A stretch of 64,000 nucleotides of DNA from a virus: positions 15,811-79,810 of the IMG/VR virus record IMGVR_UViG_3300050821_015552. One strand, 5' to 3'. The notes beneath the pieces are model-generated. The model made no database searches. It saw only the letters and a program-made list of their open reading frames with translations, and had not been told where the DNA came from. Shown here piece after piece: positions 1 through 9,514 of this stretch (its first letter is position 1; the number at the start of each line of letters is the position of its first letter). Position numbers and translations under genes: made by a program.

Positions 1-1
1 A

Positions 2-1282
2 GAGTCGATCGACTTCACGACCGAGCTTGGCTACATCGCGGCGTCCGGCTTGCAGCACCTGCCCGCACCCGGCACACCGGGGCTTCTCATCGAACAAGAG
101 TTTCATTTCGAGGGCCCTTCGGGGCACACCTACCTCGGTTACAAAGATCTCGAAGAACCCGGCATCGTCACCGATCACAAGACCACGAGCGATCTGCGCT
201 GGCAGAAGACCGAGGACGAGCTGCGCCTGGACATCCAGGCGACGCTCTACGCGGTCGACTACTTTCGCAAACACCCGGAGGAGCCGCATGTCGGGCTGCG
301 ATGGGTCTACTACCAGACCAAGAACACGAGAAAGAGCGCGGTCACGCACATTCGCGTGAGCCAAGCCGAAGTCTGGCAACGTTTCCTCGCGATCGAACAG
401 ATCGCCGAGCAGATGGATGCCGCGACGCAACCGAAGGAAAACGGAGAGCCTGTCCGAGCTCTCGATCTGCCGCCGAACATCAACCATTGCAGCGCCTACG
501 GTGGGTGCCCTCATCAGGGGCGCTGCAATCTCAGTCCTTTCGACAAAATGAGGTCCCACGTGGAACAGAACAAGCTCACGGCCCTGCTCAAGAACAAGAC
601 CAACGGCGCTGCTCAGCCGGCGCCCGGCGCTGCCCCCGCAGCGGCTCCCGCACCCGCCGCCGTGCCGCTGGCCTTCCAGCCCGGCGGCGCGCATCACGGG
701 ACCGCTGCGGCGAGCGCGCCTCCGAGCGGCGGCAACAAGCTCCTGGCCAAGATGCGTGCAGCCGGGGCTCCTGCGGCAGCGGCCGTCGCCGTCGTGCCGG
801 CGGCCATCAATCCGCCCGAGTTCCAGCCGCCCCCCGCTGCCGCGCCCACGCCAGCCCCTGCTGCGGCTTTGCCGGCCACCGTCGCCGAGGCAGGCCAGGA
901 GCTCGCGGCGTCGCTAACGGCCGGAGAGGCCCCCGAGGCCAAGCGCGGTCGCGGACGCCCGTCCAAGGCGTCCCTGCCCTCGACGGGGCTCGCTCCGAAG
1001 ATCAAGACGCTCTACATCAACTGCGGCCCCGTCGGCGTCGAGATCGTGGACGCCTCGCAGATCATCGTGCTGGCCAAGCAGCGCGTCACGGCCGAGCGCG
1101 GCCTGGCCGACTACCGCTTTGCCGACTTCGGTCACGGCCCCGGCATGCTTGCCGTCGCGGCGGTCGCGGCGCTCGACGCGCTGCCCGGTGTGCTGCCGGC
1201 GGTGCGCCTCGACACGACGACGCCCGAGGGCGCTGTCATCGCCACGGAGTTGACGGCCCGCGCCGAACTGGTGGTGAGGTGA
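2..1282 (+). CDS. PD-(D/E)xK (RecB/Cas4-like) exonuclease with Pro/Ala-rich tail and AT-hook; 5'-partial
   Basis: Frame open from nt 2; motifs IEQEF, GYKDL, TDHKT, QATLYA, C-x5-CP-x4-C; KRGRGRPSK AT-hook. Confidence 0.8.
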   Translation, partial: ESIDFTTELGYIAASGLQHLPAPGTPGLLIEQEFHFEGPSGHTYLGYKDLEEPGIVTDHKTTSDLRWQKTEDELRLDIQATLYAVDYFRKHPEEPHVGLRWVYYQTKNTRKSAVTHIRVSQAEVWQRFLAIEQIAEQMDAATQPKENGEPVRALDLPPNINHCSAYGGCPHQGRCNLSPFDKMRSHVEQNKLTALLKNKTNGAAQPAPGAAPAAAPAPAAVPLAFQPGGAHHGTAAASAPPSGGNKLLAKMRAAGAPAAAAVAVVPAAINPPEFQPPPAAAPTPAPAAALPATVAEAGQELAASLTAGEAPEAKRGRGRPSKASLPSTGLAPKIKTLYINCGPVGVEIVDASQIIVLAKQRVTAERGLADYRFADFGHGPGMLAVAAVAALDALPGVLPAVRLDTTTPEGAVIATELTARAELVVR

Positions 1283-1536
1283 ACGAGTGCACGTGCGAGG
1301 GACCGGGCCAGTGCCAGGTCCACGACGTCACGCCCGAGAACACACCCGGTGACGTGCCGGAAGTTCTGCACGACGACAGCCGCCTGTGGGACGCGGTCTA
1401 CGCGGCGGCGTGGGTGTCGGACTTCCGAGCCGCGAGGGCAAACGGAGAAAGCTTCGGTAGCGCGCTGGAGAAGGACCATGCCAAGGCGGCGCGCAGGATC
1501 GCGGACGCAGCGGTGGCGCAGCTCAGGCGACGATGA
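1279..1536 (+). CDS. Hypothetical protein
   Basis: GTGA and ATGA overlaps with both neighbours. Confidence 0.6.
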   Translation: MNECTCEGPGQCQVHDVTPENTPGDVPEVLHDDSRLWDAVYAAAWVSDFRAARANGESFGSALEKDHAKAARRIADAAVAQLRRR

Positions 1537-3263
1537 ACGCTTCTCCGTTTCGCAGCCTGGTCGTCGAGGACACTCGCGAGGTCGAGCGCATCGCGCGGCT
1601 GCCCAGGCGCGTGTGGCCCGAGCCGGACGCTGCGCGTCTGGCAGAGATGCTCACGCTGGAGTTCAAGACGCCCGGCGGGACCATGGCGCTGCGTCCGGTG
1701 CAAGCCATCGCACTGTACGAAGCGATGGAGGCTGGGGGCCTGTTCGGACCCATCCGCGTGGGCGGTGGCAAGACGCTCGTGACGCTGCTGCTGCCTCTGG
1801 TGCTCGAGGCCAAGCGGCCGATCTTGCTCTTGCCCGCGGCTCTCGTTCAGAAGACCTGGCACGACTACAAGCTCCTGCGCGAGCACTGGCGGTTGCCGAC
1901 CAACATCCAGATCGAGTCCTACGAGATGCTCTCGCTCGTGCAGAGCGCTCGCAAGCTCGACTACGTCAAGCCCGATCTGATCGTGGCCGACGAGGTGCAC
2001 TACCTCAAGAACCATCGCGCGGGACGCACACGTCGCGTCGTGCGGTACATGGCGGCGAATCCCGAGACGCGCTTCGTTGGAGTCTCGGGCACGGTGATGA
2101 AGGGCTCGATTCGAGACTTCGCTCACATCCTGCGCTGGTGCCTCAAGTCGGGCTCGCCGATCCCGGTCAGCGATGACGAGGTCTCAGCCTGGGCCGATGC
2201 GCTCGACGAGAAGGTCAACCCGCTTGGCCGGCGGCAGGCGGGAGCGCTGCTGTCGATCGGAACGGCTGAAGGCGAAGACGAGCTCGTGCGCGTGCGACGC
2301 ATCTTCCAGTCGCGCCTGCTCGAGACGCGCGGTGTCGTGGCTTCGGCCAAGAACGACGGCGTCACCTGCAGCCTGCGCGTCTCGGCGCTCGAGTACGAGC
2401 CCGCGGACGTGACCGTGGAGCACATCCGCCAGATGCGCGAGGGCACCAAGGATTGTCACGGCAAGTACGTCGTGCGGCCGTGGACGACGCCCGATGGCTG
2501 GACGTTTGCGACGCCGCTCGAGTTCCGGATGTACCTGCGGCAGCTCGCTCTGGGTTTCCATTCGGTCTGGGATCCGCGTCCGCCCATCGAATGGAGCACC
2601 GCCCGGCGCGAGTGGGCGACCTTCGTGCGCGACACGCTCGCCGAGTCCGAAGTGCTCGACACCGAGCTGCAGGTGGCCAACGCCGTGGATGCGGGGCGGC
2701 TGCACACGCCGACGCTCGATGCGTGGCGCGCGGTGCGCGACTCGTACAAGGTGCAGCCCAAGGACGTCTGGCACGACGACACGGCCCTGCAGGCGTGCGC
2801 GGCGTGGATGGAGCGGCAGAAGGGGATCGTCTGGTGCGAGCACGTCTTCTTCGCTCGCCGCTTGGCGCGCGAGACGGGAGCGGCGTACTACGGCGCGCAG
2901 GGCTTGAGCGACAGCGGCGAGAGCATCACGCTCGTCAAGCCAGGCAAGGCGATCATCGCCAGCGTGAAGGCCAACAGTGCAGGCCGTAACCTGCAGATGT
3001 TCTCGACCAATCTCGTGAGCTCCTTCCCGCCCGATGCGCTCACGGCCGAGCAGATGATCGGCCGCACGCACCGCGACGGCCAGGAGGCTGACGAGGTCGC
3101 GGTCGACTTCCTGCTCGGATGCCGTGAGCACTACGACGCCTTCAACCGGGCGCTTGACGGCGCGCGCGCCGCAGCCGACACGCTGGGCCACGATCAGAAA
3201 CTTCTCTTAGCGGACCTTTGCTTACCCGACATCGACAACCGAAGAGGGCCCCTCTGGGGCTAG
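1533..3263 (+). CDS. Superfamily 2 (SNF2-like) helicase
   Basis: Walker A GGGKT, DEVH, SGT motif III, QMIGRTHRDGQ motif VI. Confidence 0.9.
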   Translation: MNASPFRSLVVEDTREVERIARLPRRVWPEPDAARLAEMLTLEFKTPGGTMALRPVQAIALYEAMEAGGLFGPIRVGGGKTLVTLLLPLVLEAKRPILLLPAALVQKTWHDYKLLREHWRLPTNIQIESYEMLSLVQSARKLDYVKPDLIVADEVHYLKNHRAGRTRRVVRYMAANPETRFVGVSGTVMKGSIRDFAHILRWCLKSGSPIPVSDDEVSAWADALDEKVNPLGRRQAGALLSIGTAEGEDELVRVRRIFQSRLLETRGVVASAKNDGVTCSLRVSALEYEPADVTVEHIRQMREGTKDCHGKYVVRPWTTPDGWTFATPLEFRMYLRQLALGFHSVWDPRPPIEWSTARREWATFVRDTLAESEVLDTELQVANAVDAGRLHTPTLDAWRAVRDSYKVQPKDVWHDDTALQACAAWMERQKGIVWCEHVFFARRLARETGAAYYGAQGLSDSGESITLVKPGKAIIASVKANSAGRNLQMFSTNLVSSFPPDALTAEQMIGRTHRDGQEADEVAVDFLLGCREHYDAFNRALDGARAAADTLGHDQKLLLADLCLPDIDNRRGPLWG

Positions 3264-3280
3264 GAAGAAAGAACAAGAAC

Positions 3281-3817
3281 ATGACCACCGGCAATTTGTT
3301 TGCGGGACTGCGCGACGCCAAGACCTTCGACAGGGGCATCTGGCTCAAGGAAGGCAAGTACGAGGTGCGCGTCAAGCGCGCGATCTTCAAGAAGACGCGC
3401 GCCAAGGGTGACGCGTTCATCATGGAGTTCACGGTCGAGAAGTCCGACTACGAGTCGGCCAAGGCAGCGGCCATCAAGTCGTTCAACGGACAGCCCTTCG
3501 ACATGAAGGAACTTGAGAAGCTCCTGCCCAACCAGCAGGGCACCACGGCGTCGTGGTACCAGTCGCTCAAGGACATCGACATCGGCTTCGGTGCGCTCAA
3601 GAGCTTCGCCGCTGGCATTCTCAGCCAGAAGCCGGAGGATCCGGAGTTCATCGAGGCCGTCGAGGGCTTCATGAACTCCGTGGTCAACGAGGGGGCCATC
3701 AACGGTTTCCTCATCCCCGTCGAGGTCGTGACCGTCAAGACGAAGGCGGACACCGACTTCAGCTTGCACAAGTGGGGCGCGATCATCGATCAGGGGCCGG
3801 CGGCGCAGGCGCAGTAG
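3281..3817 (+). CDS. Probable ssDNA-binding (OB-fold, DUF669-like) protein
   Basis: EGKYEVRV...FIMEFTV pattern; position between helicase and polymerase. Confidence 0.55.
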   Translation: MTTGNLFAGLRDAKTFDRGIWLKEGKYEVRVKRAIFKKTRAKGDAFIMEFTVEKSDYESAKAAAIKSFNGQPFDMKELEKLLPNQQGTTASWYQSLKDIDIGFGALKSFAAGILSQKPEDPEFIEAVEGFMNSVVNEGAINGFLIPVEVVTVKTKADTDFSLHKWGAIIDQGPAAQAQ

Positions 3818-3823
3818 TGCGCG

Positions 3824-4009
3824 GTGGGTGTGTCGCAGCAGATGCACCCGGAGCTGTGGAGGGCGCTTCGCCGCGTCGGTAGAGGCGAAGCGCCCGGCAG
3901 CCCGGAGCTACGAGATGCGCTTTTCAAGCGCAAGTTGGCGGAGTGGATTCCGGGCGAGAGCGGCTGTCGATTGACGACACGTGGCGAAGCCGCCTTGAGG
4001 GAGCGATGA
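3824..4009 (+). CDS. Small hypothetical protein (wHTH-like end LTTRGEAAL)
   Basis: ORF coupled to the next gene by ATGA. Confidence 0.5.
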   Translation: MGVSQQMHPELWRALRRVGRGEAPGSPELRDALFKRKLAEWIPGESGCRLTTRGEAALRER

Positions 4010-4503
4010 AAGTCGGCGAACCAACCAAGCTAGGCACTCCGAGAAAGCCGCGGGGCGCACTAAGCAACCTGCCTCGCGAAGAACGGTTGCGAGCGAAACG
4101 GGCGGCGGACAAGTCCTATTATCTGAAGCGGGCTGAAGAAAATCCGGAAGCGCATCGCCTCAGAAAAGAGAAAATAGCGAAGAGAAAACGAGACAACTAC
4201 GCCAAGAACAAGGCAGAGAACTCCGACGCCTACCGCAAGTGGTTGAACGAGCGAGCCGCGCAACTTCGGGATGCGTTGTATGGGCTCGTCCCAGGCCAAT
4301 GGGATCGGATGTTGATAGAGCAATCCGGTTGCTGTGGCATCTGCAATGAGCCGATGCTTCGCCCCCATGTTGACCACGACCACGTAACCGGCAAAGTCAG
4401 AGAGCTGCTGTGCAGCAGTTGCAACAGAGGGCTGGGCGGCTTCAAAGACAGACGCAGCATTTTGTTTAGGGCCATCTCATACCTTGCGAGGCATGGTCGA
4501 TGA
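4006..4503 (+). CDS. Endonuclease VII-like HNH homing endonuclease
   Basis: CGIC...[27 protein letters not shown]...RAISYL; lower GC than flanks. Confidence 0.9.
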   Translation: [165 protein letters not shown]

Positions 4504-5609
4504 ACGTTTTGGCATGGGACTCTGAGACAGCTTTGTTCAGGCCGGGTGTGATGGCTCCGGAAGCGGTTTGTTTCACGTACCAGCGTTTGGGTGAGGAGCC
4601 TCAGATCATCCACGCCGACGATCCGCAGGCGCTGCCGCTCGTCGTGAGCTGGCTCACCGATGTGCAGCTGCTGCTCGTCGGCCACCATGTCGTCTACGAC
4701 CTCGCCGTGCTGTGCGCGAAGTGGCCGGAGATCGTGCCCCTGGTGTTCAAGTCGTACGACGACGACCGGATCACCTGCACCAAGCTGCGGCAGCAGCTGC
4801 TCGATATCGCGGCCGGCGAGTTTCGCGGGTACCTGCACAAGTTTCAGAAGCGCGTGTGCAACGAGCACGAGGAATGCGATCCGGATACGTGCCCGCAGGC
4901 TGTCGAGAAGCGCGGCGCGCGGTGGATGCCGCACGACTACACGCTCGACGCGCTCACGTACCGTGCGACGGGGCGCAGGCTCGACAAGGACACCTGGCGC
5001 CTGCGGTACGGCGAGTTTCTCCACACTCCTCTATCCGAATGGCCCGAAGGCGCGCGGACGTACCCGCTAGAAGACGCGCGGGCGACGCTCGACGTGTTCC
5101 TCAAGCAGGAGGAGCACGTGCAGTACATCCCCGACCAGTTCCGCCAGGCGCGGGCGGCGTGGGCGCTGCACCTGACGAGCGTGTGGGGGTTGCGCACGCA
5201 CGCGCCGGGCGTGGACAAACTCGAGCAGGAGACCCTGGGCGCGCTTGCGGCCATCGAGGGCGACCTCAAGGCGGCGGGCCTGGTGCGCGCGGACGGCTCG
5301 CGCGACACCAAGAAGGCCAAGGCGCTCATGGTGCAGGTGTGCGAGCAGCTCGGCAAGCCGGTGCGCCTGACGGCCAAGGGCGGAGTGTCGCTCGACTCCG
5401 ACGCGTGCGAAGCCTCCGAGTACGACCTGCTCGAAGACTACGCCGAGCTCACGTCGCTCAAGGCGGTGCTGGCCAAGGACATCCCCGTGCTCCGGGCGGG
5501 GACGCAGTATCCGGTGCACACGACCTTTGGCCTAGCTGCTTCGGGTCGAGCCACGTCGAGTAGACCGAATGTCCAGAACTTCGCGCGGAAGACGGCAGGC
5601 GGTACATGA
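4500..5609 (+). CDS. polA: Family A DNA polymerase, N-terminal part (3'-5' exonuclease + thumb)
   Basis: ExoI WDSET, ExoII GHHVVYD, ExoIII YPLEDA; ends just after SGRATSSRPNVQN. Confidence 0.9.
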   Translation: MNVLAWDSETALFRPGVMAPEAVCFTYQRLGEEPQIIHADDPQALPLVVSWLTDVQLLLVGHHVVYDLAVLCAKWPEIVPLVFKSYDDDRITCTKLRQQLLDIAAGEFRGYLHKFQKRVCNEHEECDPDTCPQAVEKRGARWMPHDYTLDALTYRATGRRLDKDTWRLRYGEFLHTPLSEWPEGARTYPLEDARATLDVFLKQEEHVQYIPDQFRQARAAWALHLTSVWGLRTHAPGVDKLEQETLGALAAIEGDLKAAGLVRADGSRDTKKAKALMVQVCEQLGKPVRLTAKGGVSLDSDACEASEYDLLEDYAELTSLKAVLAKDIPVLRAGTQYPVHTTFGLAASGRATSSRPNVQNFARKTAGGT

Positions 5610-6205
5610 CTTCCGACAAGCCTTGTAAGGTGTATGGCTCCTTCGAACGTTACGACAACGCTCCGCACAAGTGCGTTCCGTGCAATAGAGAGCGCGGGCG
5701 CAAGTACTATGCTGCTAACCCCGCACGCGGGAAGGCCAACGCCAAGAACTACCGAGAAGCCAACAAGGAGAAGATACGAGAGCAGAAGCGGTTGGACGTT
5801 GATCGCAGAAGAGCGTGGCAGAAAGCTTGGCGCGAACGAAACGCGGAACGCGTTCGGTGCAAGGAGCGCGAGTGGTGCGCCGCTAACGTCGAACGCGGCA
5901 TGTTTCGGCGAGCGAAAGAACGTGCCAAGAAACTTGGGTTGGACTTCAATCTGGACGTGTCTGACATCGTCATTCCTAAGATTTGTCCGTTGCTCGGCAT
6001 CGTGCTGGAACGCAAGCCCGGAGTGCAGGCCGATAGCACGCCTTCGCTAGATCGTATTGACTCGTCGCTTGGATACGTGAAGGGCAACGTCTGGGTCATT
6101 TCTTGGCGCGCGAACAACATCAAGAGCGACGCAAGTCTTGAAGAGTTGGAGATGCTCTTGGCAGGGCTGGAACGGGCCCGTCGTCTCCGATTGGTGGTGG
6201 GCTGA
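5606..6205 (+). CDS. HNH homing endonuclease inserted in the polymerase gene
   Basis: CPLLG...TPSLDRIDSSLGYVKGNVWVISWRANNIKSD; overlaps both pol halves (ATGA, TGATG). Confidence 0.9.
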   Translation: MTSDKPCKVYGSFERYDNAPHKCVPCNRERGRKYYAANPARGKANAKNYREANKEKIREQKRLDVDRRRAWQKAWRERNAERVRCKEREWCAANVERGMFRRAKERAKKLGLDFNLDVSDIVIPKICPLLGIVLERKPGVQADSTPSLDRIDSSLGYVKGNVWVISWRANNIKSDASLEELEMLLAGLERARRLRLVVG

Positions 6206-7035
6206 TGGGCATTCGAGAGTGTTTCATCCCGAGACCCGGCAAGGTCTTCGCCCAGGCGGACTTCTCCGGCCTCGAGCTCCACACCCTGGCCCAGTGCTGC
6301 GTCACGCTCTTCGGGCAGTCGCACCTGGCCGAGGTGCTCAACGCCGGCTTCGACGCGCACACGGCGTTCGCGGCAAGCATCCTCGGGATCTCGTACGAGG
6401 AGGCTGTCGCGCGAAACGAAGCCGGAGACGAGGCGGTCGACAACGCGCGGCAGACGGCCAAGGTCGCCAACTTCGGCTTCCCCGGTGGCCTCGGCGCAGA
6501 GAAGCTGTGCCTCTTCGCTCGCAAGACCTACGGCGTGCATCTGACCGAGGAGCGCGCCAGAGAGCTCAAGGCGCAGTGGCTTGAACGTTGGCCCGAGTTG
6601 AAGCTGTTCTTTCAGCACGTCGGCGACTTGGTCGACGAGGATACGGGCGAGGCTACTGTGCACCAAGTCTTCTCCAACAGGATGCGCGGAGGGTGCCACT
6701 ACACGGCCGCGTGCAACACGTACTTTCAGGGTCTGGGTGCAGATGCGGCGAAGCGTGCGACGTACATCGTGTCTCGTGCGTGTTACGCGGAGTCAGCGAA
6801 CGTGCTCTACGGATCGCGGATCTGCAACATGATCCACGACGAGTTGATCCTTGAAGTAGACGACGACTTTCGTGCCCACGACAAGGCCATCGAGCTTGGT
6901 CGTTTGATGGTTGCGGGAGCGAACGAATTTCTTCCGGATGTCCCTGCCCGCGTGAAGCCTCTTCTCGCGCGGTGCTGGTCGAAGAAGTCCAAGCCGGTTT
7001 TCAAGGACGGGAGGCTTGTACCGTGGGCGGCTTGA
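6205..7035 (+). CDS. polA: Family A DNA polymerase, C-terminal catalytic part
   Basis: IRECF, motif A DFSGLELH, motif B RQTAKVANFGFPGG, motif C IHDEL. Confidence 0.92.
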   Translation: MGIRECFIPRPGKVFAQADFSGLELHTLAQCCVTLFGQSHLAEVLNAGFDAHTAFAASILGISYEEAVARNEAGDEAVDNARQTAKVANFGFPGGLGAEKLCLFARKTYGVHLTEERARELKAQWLERWPELKLFFQHVGDLVDEDTGEATVHQVFSNRMRGGCHYTAACNTYFQGLGADAAKRATYIVSRACYAESANVLYGSRICNMIHDELILEVDDDFRAHDKAIELGRLMVAGANEFLPDVPARVKPLLARCWSKKSKPVFKDGRLVPWAA

Positions 7036-7115
7036 ATAACAGCGGGGAGTCCCTCGTCCAACCCACCGACCGCGAACTGCGCGGCCACGCGCGACCGAGG
7101 ACGGGAGCAGGAGCG

Positions 7116-7979
7116 ATGACAGTGGCGAGACCCTTCACAAAATGGGCAGGCGGGAAAACCCAGCTGCTACCCGAACTGCGCCGCCGCGTCCCGTCCTACT
7201 TCGGCCACTACTGGGAGCCGTTCGTCGGCGGCGGCGCGACGCTCTTCGACGTGCTGCAGCAGGGCCGGACGGCCGATAGCGACAGCGCGGGTACGACCGG
7301 CGACAACGTCACGATCAACGACAGCAACAAGTGGCTCATCGCGACCTACCGCGCCACCCGCGACAACGTGGTGGGCGTCATCGCGTACCTGCGCGAGTAC
7401 GAGGCCGGCTACCGCAAGGGCGGCGCCGAGTTCTACTACGAGGTCCGCAGGCGCAACCCGATGCTGCTCGTCGACCAGGCGGCGGCCTTCATCTTCCTCA
7501 ACAAAACAGGGTTCAACGGCCTGTTCCGCGTGAACAAGGCCGGCGACTTCAACGTGCCGCACGGCAAGCGCGCGGGAGAGGTCACCATCTGCGACGCCGA
7601 GAACCTGCACGCGTGCTCGCGCCTCTTGCAGGGGGTCCAGATCCAGCACGGCGACTTCGAAGCGCCGCCGGGGGTCAGTGGCTGCGCGAAAGAGGGCGAC
7701 TTCATCTACTTCGACTGCCCGTACTGGCCCGTTAGCGCCTCGTCGGACTTCACGGCCTACACCAAGGAACCCTTCGGGCCCGCTGAGCAAGAGAGGCTTC
7801 GTGACTTGGCGTTGCGACTGAAGGCGCGAGGCTGCCGCGTGCTGCTGTCCAACGCAGACGTGCCGCCCGTGCGGGCGCTGTACGCGAAGGGCTTCACGAT
7901 CGAGCGAGTCGAGGCCCGTCGCGCCATCAACTCCGACGCCTCGAAGCGCGGTAACGTCGGTGAGCTACTGATTTGTTGA
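7116..7979 (+). CDS. dam: Dam-like DNA adenine methyltransferase
   Basis: WAGGKTQL, EPFVGGG, FNGLFRVN, catalytic motif DCPY (DPPY variant), GELLI; AGGAG RBS. Confidence 0.9.
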   Translation: MTVARPFTKWAGGKTQLLPELRRRVPSYFGHYWEPFVGGGATLFDVLQQGRTADSDSAGTTGDNVTINDSNKWLIATYRATRDNVVGVIAYLREYEAGYRKGGAEFYYEVRRRNPMLLVDQAAAFIFLNKTGFNGLFRVNKAGDFNVPHGKRAGEVTICDAENLHACSRLLQGVQIQHGDFEAPPGVSGCAKEGDFIYFDCPYWPVSASSDFTAYTKEPFGPAEQERLRDLALRLKARGCRVLLSNADVPPVRALYAKGFTIERVEARRAINSDASKRGNVGELLIC

Positions 7980-8021
7980 ATAGGCGCGCACCCGCGCCGT
8001 CGAACGTTTCGGAGGTTGAAG

Positions 8022-8267
8022 ATGGCGAAGAAATCTTTGCAGGCGCTGCGCAGAGAAGCGAATCCGGTGGCCGAGCCCAAGACGATCGAGCTGCCCCTGA
8101 AGTACGCTCGGTCGCTGGAGGAGTGCGCGGGCGCGCTGGCGGGACTACTCGACGAGGCTCCGTCGATCGACGGTTTGCGCCGGGCCAAGAAAGCGCTCAA
8201 GCGCAACTGCGACATGCAGAGCAAGCTGGCGAACGACATCAAAGACCTTCTCGACATCTGGGAGTGA
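8022..8267 (+). CDS. Hypothetical protein
   Basis: GGAGG RBS, coding-like codon usage. Confidence 0.65.
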   Translation: MAKKSLQALRREANPVAEPKTIELPLKYARSLEECAGALAGLLDEAPSIDGLRRAKKALKRNCDMQSKLANDIKDLLDIWE

Positions 8268-8269
8268 CC

Positions 8270-8494
8270 ATGGCCTCGAAAGACACCCGCGCCGCCAACG
8301 GCGCCGCCGGCAAGACGGACCTACTGCTGTTCGACCCCACGACGCTCGTCATCGTCGAGGACGAAGGCAGCGCGCTGACGGCGAAGGAGGCGCACGCCCT
8401 CGACGAGGAACTTGACGCTGGCGGCGTGCTGGCGCCAACGAAGAAGCCCGGTGACCTCGCGTGCGTGTGCTGCGCGAAGGGACGGCCGTCGTGA
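8270..8494 (+). CDS. Hypothetical protein; N-terminus resembles phage ParB-like proteins (possible remnant)
   Basis: MASKDTRAANGAAGKTDLLLFDP; too short for a full ParB domain. Confidence 0.45.
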   Translation: MASKDTRAANGAAGKTDLLLFDPTTLVIVEDEGSALTAKEAHALDEELDAGGVLAPTKKPGDLACVCCAKGRPS

Positions 8495-8730
8495 GCCTTC
8501 ACGAGAAGAAGCGCGCCGAGAACGTGGCGCTCGACGAGCGGGTGCTTGCCGCGATCAGGACCAAGAGCGGCCTCACGCTCCGCGGCGTCTGCGTCGCCGT
8601 CACCCTCTCGAACCCGAGCGGGAGCATCACCGATCGGCAGGTCGATCGCTCTCTGCAGCGTCTGCGCAAGAAGAAGCTCATCAAGTTCGGCGGCCCCGGG
8701 ACGACGTTCTCCGGCTGGAGAGCGACGTGA
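8491..8730 (+). CDS. Small winged-helix-like protein
   Basis: DRQVDRSLQRLRKKKLI; GTGA coupling. Confidence 0.55.
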   Translation: MSLHEKKRAENVALDERVLAAIRTKSGLTLRGVCVAVTLSNPSGSITDRQVDRSLQRLRKKKLIKFGGPGTTFSGWRAT

Positions 8731-8969
8731 CCAAGACCCTCCGCCGCGCCCTGGTCCGCCTCGCCCGCGAGAAGATCATGGCCTCGACCAGCTCACTGTT
8801 CGACGATCTCTGCAAGCTCGGCTTCGCCGAGTCGCTCGGCCTCATCCCGACGCCCGGCGCCGTGCGCTGTACGAGCATGCGCGCCGGCTACAAGATCACC
8901 GAGGCCGGGGCGGCGCGGGCGAGTCTGTACGACGAGGATGGTAGGCCGAAGATGGTGGAGGAGACATGA
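8727..8969 (+). CDS. Hypothetical protein (wHTH-like YKITEAG)
   Basis: Coupled ORF. Confidence 0.5.
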   Translation: MTKTLRRALVRLAREKIMASTSSLFDDLCKLGFAESLGLIPTPGAVRCTSMRAGYKITEAGAARASLYDEDGRPKMVEET

Positions 8970-9514
8970 AGGCGTACGTGGCGGGTGCGTGGGTGGAGCA
9001 GCATCAGCGGTCGCGGCCGATGATCGCAAAGCTGCGCGAAGCGGGCATCGAGATCACCTGTGACTGGACTCAGGCCGAGGGAGACGTGTGCGCGTGCGGG
9101 CATCACCGCAGCGTGCACTACAACAGCGGCGAGGGCTGCAAGGGCGACGGCCTGACGATCGCGGCGTGCTCCTGTCTGGGTTTCAACGGTATCGGTTCCG
9201 GCGGCGACAGCCTGCTCACCGACGCCGACCGCCGCAAGTACGCCCAGGCCGATCTCGACGGCGTGCTTGCGGCCGACATCGTCTGGCTGCTCGCGGCCAA
9301 CGACAGGGGCGCGTGCGGCAGCTGGGTGGAGTTGGGGGCGGCGCTGGTGGCGCGGCAGATGCGCGCAGGCGAGGATGGGGGACCGTGGCCGCTCATCGTC
9401 GTCTCCGGTCCCAAGTGCAAGTGGACCATCTTCACCGAGCTGGCCGATCGCCTGTTCGAGACGGACGAGGAAGCGTTGGCGTACGTCGTCGGGCTGCATC
9501 GGGGGTCGCCGTGA
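8966..9514 (+). CDS. Nucleoside 2-deoxyribosyltransferase-like protein with Cys/His-rich insertion
   Basis: KAYVAG, DLDGVLAADIV, GSWVELGAAL; insert CACGHHRSVH...C...CSC. Confidence 0.75.
   Translation: MKAYVAGAWVEQHQRSRPMIAKLREAGIEITCDWTQAEGDVCACGHHRSVHYNSGEGCKGDGLTIAACSCLGFNGIGSGGDSLLTDADRRKYAQADLDGVLAADIVWLLAANDRGACGSWVELGAALVARQMRAGEDGGPWPLIVVSGPKCKWTIFTELADRLFETDEEALAYVVGLHRGSP

Noticed and set aside
2-560. CRISPR-associated Cas4
   Set aside because: No cas genes or array nearby; the context is a phage replication/recombination module
5560-6230. Group I intron, intein or ribosomal bypass in the polymerase
   Set aside because: The HNH ORF abuts both halves with overlapping codons. No room for a ribozyme core was seen, there are no intein N/C-terminal residues, and no matching take-off/landing codon. 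Not fully excluded without a covariance search.
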